DNA of 64,000 nt from an uncultured Alphaproteobacteria bacterium (GTDB lineage: Bacteria > Pseudomonadota > Alphaproteobacteria > Rhizobiales > Xanthobacteraceae). The position numbers and the translations under genes are program-made. The stretch is from contig CAVZQH010000004.1 in NCBI GenBank assembly GCA_963777375.1, positions 65,785 through 129,784 of the forward strand, given 5' to 3'. Of this stretch, positions 40,123 to 50,205 are shown one piece after another. The first letter of the stretch is position 1. The number at the start of each line of letters is the position of its first letter. The notes beneath the pieces were generated by a model, which had not been told where the DNA came from, made no database searches, and saw only the letters and a list, made by a program, of their open reading frames with translations.

Positions 40123-41139
40123 ATGACGCGGACGATCGACACCCATACCCACGTCCTCGCCGACGAGACGATCAAGATATTGCAGAACGAGGTGCCGTCG
40201 CTCGGCCTGAAACTCACGCCGATCGACGCCGACGCCGCCCTCTTTGAGGTCGCCGGCACGCCCTACCGGCCGTTTCCGCGCGGGGCGCGGGATATCGAGC
40301 ACCGGCTCAAAGACATGGATGCGGCCGAGGTCGATGTTCATGTACTGTCGGCGACGCCGCAGACTTATCTCTACGGGCAGGAGCCTTCAGTCGGTGCGGC
40401 GGTAGCCGCGATCCAGAACGATGGCATCGCAAAGCTGGTGAAGGAAAAGCCCGATCGCTTCATCGGTATTGCGACGCTGCCGATCCAGGCGCCGGAACAA
40501 GCCGCCGCGGAGCTTGACCGGGCCATGCGCACGCTCGGCCTGCGCGGCGCCATGATCGGCTCCAACTGCCGCGGCAAAAATCTCGACGATCCGAGTTTCG
40601 AGCCGTTGTGGGCGAAGGCGGCCGAACTCGACGCCTTCATGATGATCCATCCGAACAATGTCGCCGGCGCCGACCGGTTGCGCGCATACTATCTCGGCAA
40701 CCTGATCGGCAATCCGCTCGACACCACGATCGCGGCGGCGTGTCTGATCTTCGCCGGCGTGCTCGAGCGCTATCCGAAACTGAAATTCGTCATGGTGCAC
40801 GGCGGCGGCTTCACGCCCTATCAGGGCGCGCGCTGGGTGCACGGCTGGGAGGTGCGGCCCGAACCGAAGGTGACGCTGAAGCAGTCGCCGCAGGCGTCGC
40901 TCGAACGGCTCTATTACGACACCATCCTGCATTCGAAGCCGGCGCTCGAAGCCATGATTGGCCTCGTCGGCGCCTCGCGCGTCTTCCTCGGCAGCGATTA
41001 TCCCTACGACATGGGGATGATGGATTGTGTGCGGCACGTGCGCTCGCTCGATATTCCTGAAAAAGATCGCGCGACGATTCTCGGCGATCATGCCGCGGCC
41101 ATTCTCGGCGGCGCATTGCGGCCGGCGGCGCAGCGGTGA
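40123..41139 (+). CDS. Amidohydrolase-2 family protein (ACMSD-like metal-dependent decarboxylase/hydrolase)
   Basis: ATG 40123 with a GGGGAG RBS. IDTHTHVL metal motif, MIHPNN, VMVHGGG, LGSDYPYD. Confidence 0.8.
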   Translation: MTRTIDTHTHVLADETIKILQNEVPSLGLKLTPIDADAALFEVAGTPYRPFPRGARDIEHRLKDMDAAEVDVHVLSATPQTYLYGQEPSVGAAVAAIQNDGIAKLVKEKPDRFIGIATLPIQAPEQAAAELDRAMRTLGLRGAMIGSNCRGKNLDDPSFEPLWAKAAELDAFMMIHPNNVAGADRLRAYYLGNLIGNPLDTTIAAACLIFAGVLERYPKLKFVMVHGGGFTPYQGARWVHGWEVRPEPKVTLKQSPQASLERLYYDTILHSKPALEAMIGLVGASRVFLGSDYPYDMGMMDCVRHVRSLDIPEKDRATILGDHAAAILGGALRPAAQR

Positions 41140-41330
41140 CGGCGATGGCGCAAGCTGAGGCGGTGCAAGCTGAAATGCTGAATGTGCCGGCGAACGCTAT
41201 CCGCTCGCTCATCGAAGATTGCCTGGCCGCCGGGGGCTTGCCGCAGGAGGACGCAGCGCGCTGCGCCGAGCTGATGGCCGAAGCCGACCTTACCGGCGCC
41301 GACGGCGTGTTCCGGCTGCCGCAATATGGC
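41136..41330 (+). pseudogene. Ldh_2 (malate/L-lactate/sulfolactate dehydrogenase type 2) family, N-terminal fragment only
   Basis: GTG 41136 overlaps the amidohydrolase stop. ...AARCAELMAEADLTGADGVFRLPQY matches the family's N-terminal region (normally ..D..G.DSHGV.RLP.Y). The reading then degenerates and runs into a REP element. Full-length family members are about 340-360 aa. Confidence 0.5.
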
Positions 41331-41379
41331 TGCCGCCCGGTAGAGCATGATTGCATGCATGAAAATTGCCGCCTGCAAT

Positions 41380-41457
41380 CCGTCATCCTCAGGTGCGAGC
41401 TACGGGTCCGGCTTCGCCGGCCAGATGATAAACACCGCGAGCCTCGAAGGGTGACGG
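41380..41457. repeat. REP-like element (CCGTCATCCTCAGGTGCGAGC...GCGAGCCTCGAAGGGTGACGG)
   Basis: Imperfect inverted arms read directly. It sits at the truncation point of the Ldh_2 fragment. Confidence 0.6.
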
Positions 41458-41492
41458 AATAAGTTCGCGCTAACGTTTGGAATGACCTGCTG

Positions 41493-42685
41493 ATGCTCCG
41501 TCCCGGGACGTTCGCCCTCACATTATTACTCTCGATGCTGACCGGGCTCGGTCCGCTGTCGATGGACATGTATTTGCCGTCGCTGCCGGAGATCGGCCGC
41601 GCGCTCGATGCCTCGACCGCGCAGGTGCAGCTGACAATATCGAGCTATTTGCTTGGTTTTGCCGTCGGCCAGATGTTCTACGGCCCGATCTCGGACCGCT
41701 TCGGACGGCGTCCGGTGATCTTGGCGGCGCTCGCGCTCTATGGCGTCGGCAGCATCCTGTGCGCGACGACGCAGTCGATCGGGACGCTGACGGCGGTGCG
41801 CTTCGTGCAGGCGCTCGGCGGCGCGGGCTCGATCGTGCTGGCGCGCGCTGTGGTGCGCGATCTCTACACCGGCGTCCGCGCCGGGCGCGAACTGTCGATC
41901 ATGGGATCGATCACCGCGTTCGCACCGATCATCGCGCCGGTGATCGGCGGCGTGCTGCAAACCGCATTCGGCTGGCGCTCGAGCTTTATTTTATTGGTGA
42001 TCTTCGCGGCGGTCGCCGCAGCGGCGGCCGCGCGTCTGTTGCCGGAGACGCTGCGCCAGCGCACAGCGGGGCCGTTTTCACTTGCCGCAATGGGCGGCCT
42101 GTATCGCTCTGTGCTGGTGCATCGCGGATTTCTGGCGAACCTCGGCATCTTGACCACGAGCTTCGTCGGCTTGTTTGCCTGGGTGTCGGGCGCCTCGATC
42201 GTGATGCAGGGCGTCTACGGGCTGTCGCCGATCGTATTTGGCACGAGCTACGCGGTGGGTGCGGCCGGCTACATGCTGGGGACTTTCATCGCCTCGCGCA
42301 TCGTGATGCGGCTCGGCCTCGACCGTACCATGGGCATCGGCGCCATGGTGCAGGCGGCCGGCGGTCTGCTCATGGCCGCGACCGTCGCGCTCGGCCTCAC
42401 CAGCGTTGCCTGGCTCGTCGTGGCAATGACGATCTACATTGCCGGCATGGGCTTTGTGCTGCCGCAGACCATGGCCGGCGCGATGACGCCGTTTCCCGGA
42501 TCGCGCCGGCACCGCATCCTCGGTCATGGGCTTCACGCAGCAGATCATCCGCCGCCATCGCCGCCGCCGCGATCGGCCAGTATCTCGGCGTGTCCGCATG
42601 GCCTGTTGCCGGCGTCGTCGCCACGATGGGGTGTCTCTCGTTGTTGATCTGGACGTGGACGCGACGGGTGCGCGCGGCTGCCTGA
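41493..42685 (+). pseudogene. MFS drug efflux transporter, Bcr/CflA family (frameshifted near the 3' end as read)
   Basis: LSMDMYLPSLPEI and GPISDRFGRRPV motifs (ORF 41493..42647). The C-terminal TM12 (AAIAAAAIGQYLGVSAWPVAGVVATMGCLSLLIWTW) is in the frame of ORF 41759..42685. Frame changes near 42490-42550. Confidence 0.8.
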
Positions 42686-42779
42686 CGCGGAACGTCCGTC
42701 ATCTGTATCGCGGACAGCGTACCCATATGCTGGGCTCATACTTGGTGCCGCATCAGCGTTGATCATGGTCGTTAAGCCT

Positions 42780-43155
42780 GTGGTGTGGACGCCACTCGCC
42801 GATTCGCACATCGCGGCGCGCTTCCTGGCCGCACGTCGTGTTGCTCGCGGCGGTGCCGCTCATCACCGCGGGCTTGATCGCTTTCGAGTGGCGGTCGCTC
42901 GGCGATGGGTCGGAGTACACCCCACTCCTCGCCGCCTTGGGCTTATTCGTCATGTCCTATCTGGGCATCGCCATCAGCCTACGGCCGATGATCGTGCCCG
43001 GACACTTTACGCTCGAGCAGGCCGCGGCATCGCAAAGCACGCAGGCCTTCTTGCTGATCGGGACGCTGGTTCTGCTGCCGGTGATCCTGCTCTACACCGG
43101 CTGGTCGTATTGGGTGTTTCGCGGCAAGGTGCGTGCCCGCATCGGATATCACTAG
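42780..43155 (+). pseudogene. cydB: Cytochrome bd ubiquinol oxidase subunit II, C-terminal fragment only
   Basis: ORF 42838..43155 ends ...LLLPVILLYTGWSYWVFRGKVRARIGYH, the characteristic CydB C-terminus. Only about 125 of about 335-385 codons are present. There is no cydA nearby. Confidence 0.6.
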
Positions 43156-43337
43156 GTCCGCGCGGCGCCGGCAGGGCGAACCGCGCGGCAAGTTGCGCCG
43201 AGGCAACGAATGGCGAGGACGCCTTCGGCCAATTAGCCCCGCGGACCGCCTTGCAGTGGAGCGCCGAACCGCCAATACTCGCCGTTGATTTCGTACGAAA
43301 TGCAGGCTCGTTGGCTCGGCTGTGAGATGGTACCGCG

Positions 43338-44101
43338 GTGTTCAGGCGTCCCAGCAATCAACTGAAATGGCGCACGGTTTTGTTCGCCGGCGCGCTTTGC
43401 GCCGCCGCAAGTGTTTTGGCGTTGACTCGGCGCGCGCCCAGGGATTTTTCGATTTTCTGTTCGGCGGGCCGCAGCAGCAGCAGCAGCAGGCGCCGCCGCC
43501 GCCCCCGGTGGCGCCCAGGCCCGCCACGGGGGTAGGACGAGTGTCGCCGACGCCGCTGTCGCACGAAAGGGTCAACGAAAGCGCCGGCAGCACCGGGCAC
43601 CTGGTTGCCTTCTGCGTGCGGCTGTGTGACGGGCAGCACTTCCCGATGGAGCGAATGGCCAACGCGACGCCGGCAGAGACCTGCCGGGCGATCTGCCCGA
43701 ACAGCACGACGAAGGTCTTTTTCGGCGCCGAAGTCGGCGCGGCCACCGCCAGCGACGGCGGGCGCTATTCCGACCTCACGACGGCGTTCCTTTACCGTAA
43801 GCGCGTCGTCGCCCATTGCACCTGCAACGGCAAGGACCCGTTTGGCCTTGCCACGCTCGACGTCAAGAGCGATCCAACCTTGCGTCCCGGCGACATCGTC
43901 TCGACCAAGGACGGGCTCATGACCTACAGCGGCAAAAGTGGACCGTCCGGGGGCTTCACACCCGCCAATCCTGCCACGCTCGCCGCCGGTAATCCCCGAT
44001 CGCCGCGGCAGAGCATCGCCGCGCCGCCGCCCGCGGCGCCGGCGCCGGAAGTCGACGACGAGCCGGGCACGATTGTGCATCCGGAGGCGCCCAGCCGATA
44101 A
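43338..44101 (+). pseudogene. DUF2865 domain protein, secreted, Gln/Pro-rich linker (one frameshift near the 5' end as read)
   Basis: The signal-like LKWRTVLFAGALCAAASVLAL lies in ORF 43338..43535. The body in ORF 43322..44101 has FCVRLCDGQHFP...CRAICP...CTCNGKD, a Cys pattern I associate with DUF2865. The shift is near 43430. Confidence 0.65.
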
Positions 44102-44199
44102 TTCCCCGCGCATCGATAGGGTGCGGACCAAGCCGCGTTCGGCTATGCGGTCCTTTCGTCATTAAAACGGACCGCTTACGCGGGTTAATCGCGGGGCGC

Positions 44200-45174
44200 T
44201 CAAAGATAGCCGCGGCTGCGCCAAAAGCGCTCGGCCGCCGGATGGAGCGGCACGGTCTGCGGCGTGTCAAGCGCTTCGCGCGCCATGCGCTCGACCGGCA
44301 GGTCGCCCGGTTCCTCCCACGGGATGCGCGCCTTGCGCGCATCGAGCCCGGCGCAGATTTGTGTCACCAGCGAATCGTCGGCCTCGGCATGGACGAAGAT
44401 CGTCCAGCCGCTGAAATCAAGCGACAGCACGTCGCCCGGCAGTTTCGGATAGGCCGATTGCGGCAGCATTGCGCGGCGATAGCCCATCGCCTCGAGCTTG
44501 ACGATGGTTGCTTCGGCGAGCGGCAGCATGGTGATCCCGGCCTCGAGCGCCTGCGGCGCCCAGGACGACGCAGCCTCGTCGAAGATGGCATCGACGTCGC
44601 CCCTGATCAGCGCTTTGAAGGTTTCGGTGTGCGGCCAGGGCACGGTACCGGCCTTGCGCACTTCGCCGCCCCAGCGCGCGATGTCGTCCCGCGAAAACCC
44701 TGCCGCCGCGGCGACGTCGTCGAACATGTGGTGCAGGCTGTGGTCCGGCGCGCTGCGCATCAGGATGCGCAGCTTGGGTTTACGCGCGGCGATGTCCTCG
44801 AACCGCGTCAGGCCGGTCTCCGGCCGCACGGCAAAGACGAACGCGTCCCAGGAGGGAATGACGGCGATCGCCCGCACCGGCATCGGTTTCTTGAAGATGC
44901 CCTGGCCGCGCATTGCCACGGCGAGGACGGCCGCCGGATTGATCATGGCCAGATCGGCCTCGCGCGATGCCACCGCGAAAATGCCTTCCGCCGAGCTGAT
45001 GGCGAACAGCGTCGCCGGCTTGCCGCCCCGCGAATGCCGCAGCACCACTTTGGGCTGGATATATTCGGGCACCGCATCGGCCGCGGGCCCGCCCGCCATT
45101 TCGGAAGCAATTTCCAGCACGAGACGCGAGCGCGTCACGTTCGGATTGGTGATGGGAACGGGCGCGGCCGACAT
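44200..45174 (-). CDS. Periplasmic-binding-protein-like protein (TAXI/NMT1-like?) without an obvious signal peptide
   Basis: Intact 324 aa. The stop of the upstream SBP gene is 15 nt away. The family call is tentative. Confidence 0.4.
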   Translation of the reverse strand: MSAAPVPITNPNVTRSRLVLEIASEMAGGPAADAVPEYIQPKVVLRHSRGGKPATLFAISSAEGIFAVASREADLAMINPAAVLAVAMRGQGIFKKPMPVRAIAVIPSWDAFVFAVRPETGLTRFEDIAARKPKLRILMRSAPDHSLHHMFDDVAAAAGFSRDDIARWGGEVRKAGTVPWPHTETFKALIRGDVDAIFDEAASSWAPQALEAGITMLPLAEATIVKLEAMGYRRAMLPQSAYPKLPGDVLSLDFSGWTIFVHAEADDSLVTQICAGLDARKARIPWEEPGDLPVERMAREALDTPQTVPLHPAAERFWRSRGYL

Positions 45175-45188
45175 CGTTCGTTCTTTTC

Positions 45189-46168
45189 CTACTCCGCCTT
45201 CACGGGGACGAATTGCGTTGTGAACAGCACGTCATCCGCTGGCTTGCTGGGAAGCGTCCCCATATCGATGTAGGACTGCTTCAGCGCCGCAACCGCCTGC
45301 GGATCGAACCGGCCGTCGTCGATGAACATCCCGACCTCGAAATCGTAGTCCTTGCGCGCCACCGCCGGGCTCTGATGCAGCACGCGCTCGGCCAGCGCCG
45401 AGGTTTCGTCGCGATGCGTCTTGATGAAGGCGATCGCGGCAAAGAAGCCCTTGAGGAAGCGCTCCACCAGCGGAGCGTTGCCGGCCACGAGCGACTTCTG
45501 CGCGAACACGACATGGGTGATGAAATGCGGCGCGTAGCGGTCCATCGACGCGAGCACGCGGCCTGCATTTTGCTCTTCGAGACGGAAACCCGCTTCGGTC
45601 GCCAGCACCACGGCATCGACCTGCCGCGCCTTGAGCGCGGCGACGCTGGTCTCGATCGCGCCCAACGGCACCGCGCGGATGCCGTCTTGGCCCCAGCCCT
45701 CCTGGATCGCCATTTGCTTGGCCAGCCAGTCGCTGAGCGAGCCCACCGTCGAAACGGCGATGATCTTGCCCTTGAGATCGGCGATTGCTTGATCGGCGAA
45801 TCGGCGAGCACGATCGCCGAAATGTTGCGCGGCGGACCGGCGAAAGCGGCGACGCCGATCGCCGGCGAGCCCTTGGCGGCAAACGCCATCCCCGGTCCGC
45901 TGCCGAGCCCGAAATCGATGCTGCCGGCGGCCAGCGCCTGCTGCACCTTGGCGTCGCCGCCGAGATCGGCGCTCTCGATTTCGAGCCCCTGTTTGGCAAA
46001 GAAGCCTTGCGCGATGCCGATATCGATCGGCAGGAAGGTCCAGGCGGTCCCTTGCGCCTTGCCGACATGGACCCGTTCATTGGCGTGCGCGGTTGCGGCG
46101 CCGATCAGCACGACAGCGGCAATCAGCAACACGTCGGCGAAATGCGATCTACGTTTCGACCCGTTCAT
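45189..46168 (-). pseudogene. ABC-type substrate-binding protein, NMT1/SsuA/TauA-like (one frameshift as read)
   Basis: Signal peptide MNGSKRRSHFADVLLIAAVVLIGAATAHA and the N-half are in ORF 45281..46168. The C-half (GSLSDWLAKQMAIQEGWG...VVFAQKSLVAGNAPLVERFLKGF) is in ORF 45189..45746. The shift is near 45740-45790. Confidence 0.7.
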
Positions 46169-46332
46169 GGTGCTCTACCGTCTCCTCAGGCGCGACTGTA
46201 ACGCGGTCTTTATGGCCACCGTTGCGAAGAGCACGCCGAAAATCGCCGCGGCGAACCGCGCGAGCCGTGGCATGGTTGGCCTCCACATTATGGAGGGCGG
46301 AATCCGCGAACCGCACGCTGAGGGCGCGTGCG

Positions 46333-46734
46333 CTAGACGTTGCGGTCCAGCAGTTCGATCGATACGCCCTCGGGCGCGCGGATGAAGCAGACGCGCACAC
46401 CCGGCCGAACGGTCTCCGGCTCCCGGGTGAATTCGACGCCCTTGGCCTTGAGCTCGGCGGCGATCGCGTCGATGCCGTTCACGCTTAGCCCGAAGTGATC
46501 GAGGCCGCGGTACGGCGTGGCAGGGGCGGCGTTGACTCCGTCGCCGGTCGCCACCGGTGCGATGAAGATTTTGGCGCCGCCGAGCTTGAGATCGATGCGC
46601 TGTTTGCCCTGCTGCATGGTGCGGAGCACCTCGGCGCCGAGCATCGTTTCGAACCATTGCGCCATCGCTTCGGGGTTGGCAGTGCGGAGATGAATGTGGT
46701 CCCACGTGTACTTGGCCATCGTTGAATCGGACAT
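46333..46734 (-). CDS. VOC family protein
   Basis: Intact 133 aa. WDHIHLRTANPEAMAQWFETMLGAE...LDHFGLSVNGIDA. Confidence 0.8.
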   Translation of the reverse strand: MSDSTMAKYTWDHIHLRTANPEAMAQWFETMLGAEVLRTMQQGKQRIDLKLGGAKIFIAPVATGDGVNAAPATPYRGLDHFGLSVNGIDAIAAELKAKGVEFTREPETVRPGVRVCFIRAPEGVSIELLDRNV

Positions 46735-46865
46735 GGCGCGTTCTTCCCTGTTTTGTCACGGCCCGGAAATTAGGACATGTCGGCCAAGGGCGCCATCAGC
46801 ATTTTTTGCGCGCGGCGCAATGCAGGCCACGGCCGCCGTTGCGCTGAGACAAACACGTTTCGATT

Positions 46866-47888
46866 TCAATTCGCCTTGATATCCGCGAACTTGATCACCC
46901 GGCCCCATTTTTCGGTTTGGCTAGCGATAAACTTGCCAAAGTCATCCGGCGTACCTGGAACCACGGCGCCGCCGAGATCGGCGAAGCGGGCCTTCATTGC
47001 GGGATCGGCGAGGCCGGCGTTGATCGCCCTGTTGAGCTGATCGACGATGTCGACGGGTGTCCCCTTCGGCGCGCCGATGCCGATCCATGCGCTCGCCTCG
47101 TAGCCCGGCACAAAGTCGGCCAGGACCGGCACTTCCGGCAGTGCATCGGACCGCATTGCGGTGGTCACCGCCAGCGCGCGCAAACTTCCCGCCTTGATAT
47201 ATCCAATCGACGACGGCAGGAGATCGAAAATTACCTGGCACTGGCCGGCAATGACGTCGACCAAAGCGGGACCGGCGCCGCGATACGGCACGTGTATCAT
47301 TTTGACGCCGGCCATCATGCTGAACAGTTCGCCGGAGATGTGGCCCGATGTGCCGACGCCGCTCGACGCCATCGTGATCTTGCCCGGACTGGCCCGGGCA
47401 TAGGCGATGAACTCGGGAACGGTTTTTGCCGGAATCGACGGATTGACCTCCATCACCAGGGGTACGTGGATGAGGTTTGCGACCGGCGCGATGTCGCGCA
47501 CGAAATCGAAACTGAGGTTTGAATAGAACGAGGAGTTGATCGCGTTCGCCACGGTCGAAAGCAGCAACGTGTAGCCGTCCGCAGGGGCGCGCACGACAAA
47601 CTCAGCCGCGATGCTGCTGCCGCCGCCCGGCCGGTTCTCGACGATGAATTGCTGGCCGAGCCGCTCCGTCAGCCACTGGCTGATCAGGCGCGCACCGATG
47701 TCGGTCGTCCCGGCAGCGGCAAAGCCGACGATCAATCGCACCGGGCGCGAGGGAAAGGCGGCTTGCGCCCGCGCGATCCGCGGAACGGCCGGCAGCGCGG
47801 CCGCACCGGCCGCCAGACGCAAAAAACTTCGGCGGCGCAGTTTCACGATGGCGTCTTGCAAGACACGCTGGGGGTTTCTCCTGGTCAC
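46866..47888 (-). CDS. TctC/Bug family substrate-binding protein (Tat-like signal RRRSFLRLAAGAAA)
   Basis: Intact 340 aa. FPSRPVRLIVGFAAAGTTDIGARLI...VENRPGGGS. GTG 47888 overlaps the upstream stop (GTGA). Confidence 0.9.
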   Translation of the reverse strand: MTRRNPQRVLQDAIVKLRRRSFLRLAAGAAALPAVPRIARAQAAFPSRPVRLIVGFAAAGTTDIGARLISQWLTERLGQQFIVENRPGGGSSIAAEFVVRAPADGYTLLLSTVANAINSSFYSNLSFDFVRDIAPVANLIHVPLVMEVNPSIPAKTVPEFIAYARASPGKITMASSGVGTSGHISGELFSMMAGVKMIHVPYRGAGPALVDVIAGQCQVIFDLLPSSIGYIKAGSLRALAVTTAMRSDALPEVPVLADFVPGYEASAWIGIGAPKGTPVDIVDQLNRAINAGLADPAMKARFADLGGAVVPGTPDDFGKFIASQTEKWGRVIKFADIKAN

Positions 47889-48868
47889 TCCACTTGCGCG
47901 CCCGACGCTTTAATGATTGGCGCCCATTTCATGAGCTCCGCCTTGACGAAGGCGGCCGTTTGCTCCGGCGTACTGCCCGGCGTTGGATCGATGCCCGCCT
48001 TTTGCAGGGAATCGAACACCGCAGGATCGGCAAGCGACTTGTTGATGGCGGCGTTGAGCCGATCGACGACCGGTTTCGGCGTGCCTGCCGGCGCGAGGAT
48101 GGCGTTCCAGGTATAGCACTCGAAGCCCTTCAAGCCCTGCTCCTGCAATGTCGGCAGCTCCGGCATTGCCCGCAGGCGCGTCGCCATGCCGGCACCGAGC
48201 GCGCGAATGCGGCCCGACTGGGCCAGCGGCATCGCGGTCGGCGTCGCGTCAAATGCCATCGCGATTTGACCTCCCATCAAGTCTGTGTCCATTGGGGCGG
48301 AGCCGCGGTAAGGCACGTGCACGATGTTGAGGTCGCCGGCCATCGCCTTGAATTCTTCGCCACACAAATGAAGGATCGAGCCAACGCCGGAAGAGCCATA
48401 GCTGAGCTTACCCGGATTTGCCTTGATCAGGGCCACGAGGCTCTTGACGTCGGTCGCAGGAATGGAAGGGTTCACCAGGAGCAGTGTCGGCGTCACGCCA
48501 ACCCGCCCGACCGGGGCGAAATCGCGGACCGGGTCGTATGGCATGTGTTTGTACAGGCCCGGATTGATGGCGTTGGTGGACACCGTCGCCATCAGCACCG
48601 TGTAACCATCGTTTGGAGCCTTTGCGACAATATCGGCGCCGATGTTGCCGCCCGCACCGGATTTGTTCTCCACCACGAACTGCTGTCCCAGCAGTTCTCC
48701 CATCTTCGCTCCCATAATGCGCCCGACGATGTCGGTCGGACCGCCGGCGGCGAATGGGATCACCATTTGCACCGGCCTCGATGGATAATTGTCCGCGGCG
48801 TGCACGCCCGTGCTGGCAACGGCAATCGCGGCTACTGCGACGGCCAGCAGTCGATGACTTTTGCTCAT
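47885..48868 (-). CDS. TctC/Bug family substrate-binding protein
   Basis: ATG 48868 is preceded by a GGGAGG RBS (MSKSHRLLAVAVAAIAVASTGVHA signal peptide). YPSRPVQMVIPFAAGGPTDIVGRIM...VENKSGAGG. Confidence 0.9.
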   Translation of the reverse strand: MSKSHRLLAVAVAAIAVASTGVHAADNYPSRPVQMVIPFAAGGPTDIVGRIMGAKMGELLGQQFVVENKSGAGGNIGADIVAKAPNDGYTVLMATVSTNAINPGLYKHMPYDPVRDFAPVGRVGVTPTLLLVNPSIPATDVKSLVALIKANPGKLSYGSSGVGSILHLCGEEFKAMAGDLNIVHVPYRGSAPMDTDLMGGQIAMAFDATPTAMPLAQSGRIRALGAGMATRLRAMPELPTLQEQGLKGFECYTWNAILAPAGTPKPVVDRLNAAINKSLADPAVFDSLQKAGIDPTPGSTPEQTAAFVKAELMKWAPIIKASGAQVE

Positions 48869-48950
48869 GAAATTCCTCCCAGATTTCATAAACACGATAA
48901 CATTTGGCCATGGCGGGATCAGGCGCCATCAGCCGCCATAGTGCGTCAGA

Positions 48951-50051
48951 TCACCGCTGCTCGGCTTCGAGCATCTTGCCGAGGACGCGCTTGTAGCGCA
49001 CCGGCCCGACGTCAACCGCGAGGATCACCGGATCGAGCGTTTTTTTGGCAGTCTCGATCGCTCTCTGCTGCGCCTCGATCACCGGCGCGTCCTGCTCCTC
49101 GAACGCGAAACGGCGCATCTCCGCGACTTTCTTCTGCAAATCGCGGTTGAGCTTGTCGTCGGTCGTCGTCACGCCGAAACGAACGGCCGTGAAAAAATAG
49201 TGCGTCGAACGCTCGTTCGCCGGTGTCAGCAGGTGGATCGCATGATAGCCGGTGCCGCTGTCCGGCGGCGCACCCATCTTGCAAATTCCGGTGACGAGCC
49301 GCAGCGTGCTCGGCGCCATCCAGCGCATCTTCGTGAACTTGTCGACGCGCGGCGGATGATCCGGCCAGAACTGCGCAAACATGCCCGGCGGAGCCGAATT
49401 GGTGGCGTGCCGACCCACTACGACGTCATCGCCGTCTTGTTCGACCGTGATCTCTGACTCCACCGTGTCCGCATTGCCGAGAATGCCCTCGTGGAGAAAG
49501 GAGGTGTGGCTGAGGTCGAGAAGATTGTCGATGACCAGCTGATAGTTGGCGCGGATCACGATGCTGTCGCGCTTGGTGGTGTGCAGCTCCGGCACGTTGT
49601 CGAGGACGGCGAAGTTCGGCACTTTGCCGGCATCCGGCGGCCCTTCGCTCATCCAGATCCAGATCGCCTGGTGCTTTTCGGTGACCGGGTAGCTTTTCAC
49701 CCGCGCGCGCGGCGGAATGTTCTTGGCGCCGTGCGGGTTGTGCACACAGACGCCCGTGCCGTCGAATTGTAGTCCGTGATAAGCGCATTGGATGCGGTCG
49801 CCATGGACGACCTTGCCCATGCTGAGCGGCGCGAAGCGGTGCGCGCAGCGGTCTTCGATCGCTGCAACGCCGCCGTCGGCCTTGCGATAAAGCACGATCG
49901 GCTCGTCCATGATCGTGCGGGCGACGAGTTGCCCCTCGGCGATGGCGTCGGACCATGCCGCGACATACCAGGCATTGCGCACATAGGCGCCGCCGATCAG
50001 ATCTTGCCGGAGGCCCGATGCGGATGATTCGGATTGAGCCGATTGGGTCAT
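48951..50051 (-). CDS. Rieske [2Fe-2S] aromatic-ring-hydroxylating oxygenase, VanA/phthalate-family alpha subunit
   Basis: ATG 50051 verified. Rieske motif CAHRFAPLSMG...CAYHG. Non-heme Fe region DNLLDLSHTSFLH. Confidence 0.85.
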   Translation of the reverse strand: MTQSAQSESSASGLRQDLIGGAYVRNAWYVAAWSDAIAEGQLVARTIMDEPIVLYRKADGGVAAIEDRCAHRFAPLSMGKVVHGDRIQCAYHGLQFDGTGVCVHNPHGAKNIPPRARVKSYPVTEKHQAIWIWMSEGPPDAGKVPNFAVLDNVPELHTTKRDSIVIRANYQLVIDNLLDLSHTSFLHEGILGNADTVESEITVEQDGDDVVVGRHATNSAPPGMFAQFWPDHPPRVDKFTKMRWMAPSTLRLVTGICKMGAPPDSGTGYHAIHLLTPANERSTHYFFTAVRFGVTTTDDKLNRDLQKKVAEMRRFAFEEQDAPVIEAQQRAIETAKKTLDPVILAVDVGPVRYKRVLGKMLEAEQR

Positions 50052-50205
50052 TGTGTGTCCTCTTGATCCTGCGGGAAGCCACCGGCGATCATATGCAGCC
50101 GTCAACGGCGTCGGGTCATCCAACGATACCAGGGCGGATGGGAGTTGGGAAAGTTCAGCGGCGCCGGATCCATCCGATTGCCGTGCGAGAGGAATCTCGC
50201 CCAGA

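Noticed and set aside
46175-46288. 37-codon hydrophobic ORF (MWRPTMPRLARFAAAIFGVLFATVAIKTALQSRLRRR) between the SBP and VOC genes. Also a 41-codon ORF at about 34441..34566 (minus strand) ending ...RKLQREMDALQKSLA
   Set aside because: Plausible small membrane proteins, but there is no RBS, conservation or family evidence available from the sequence alone.
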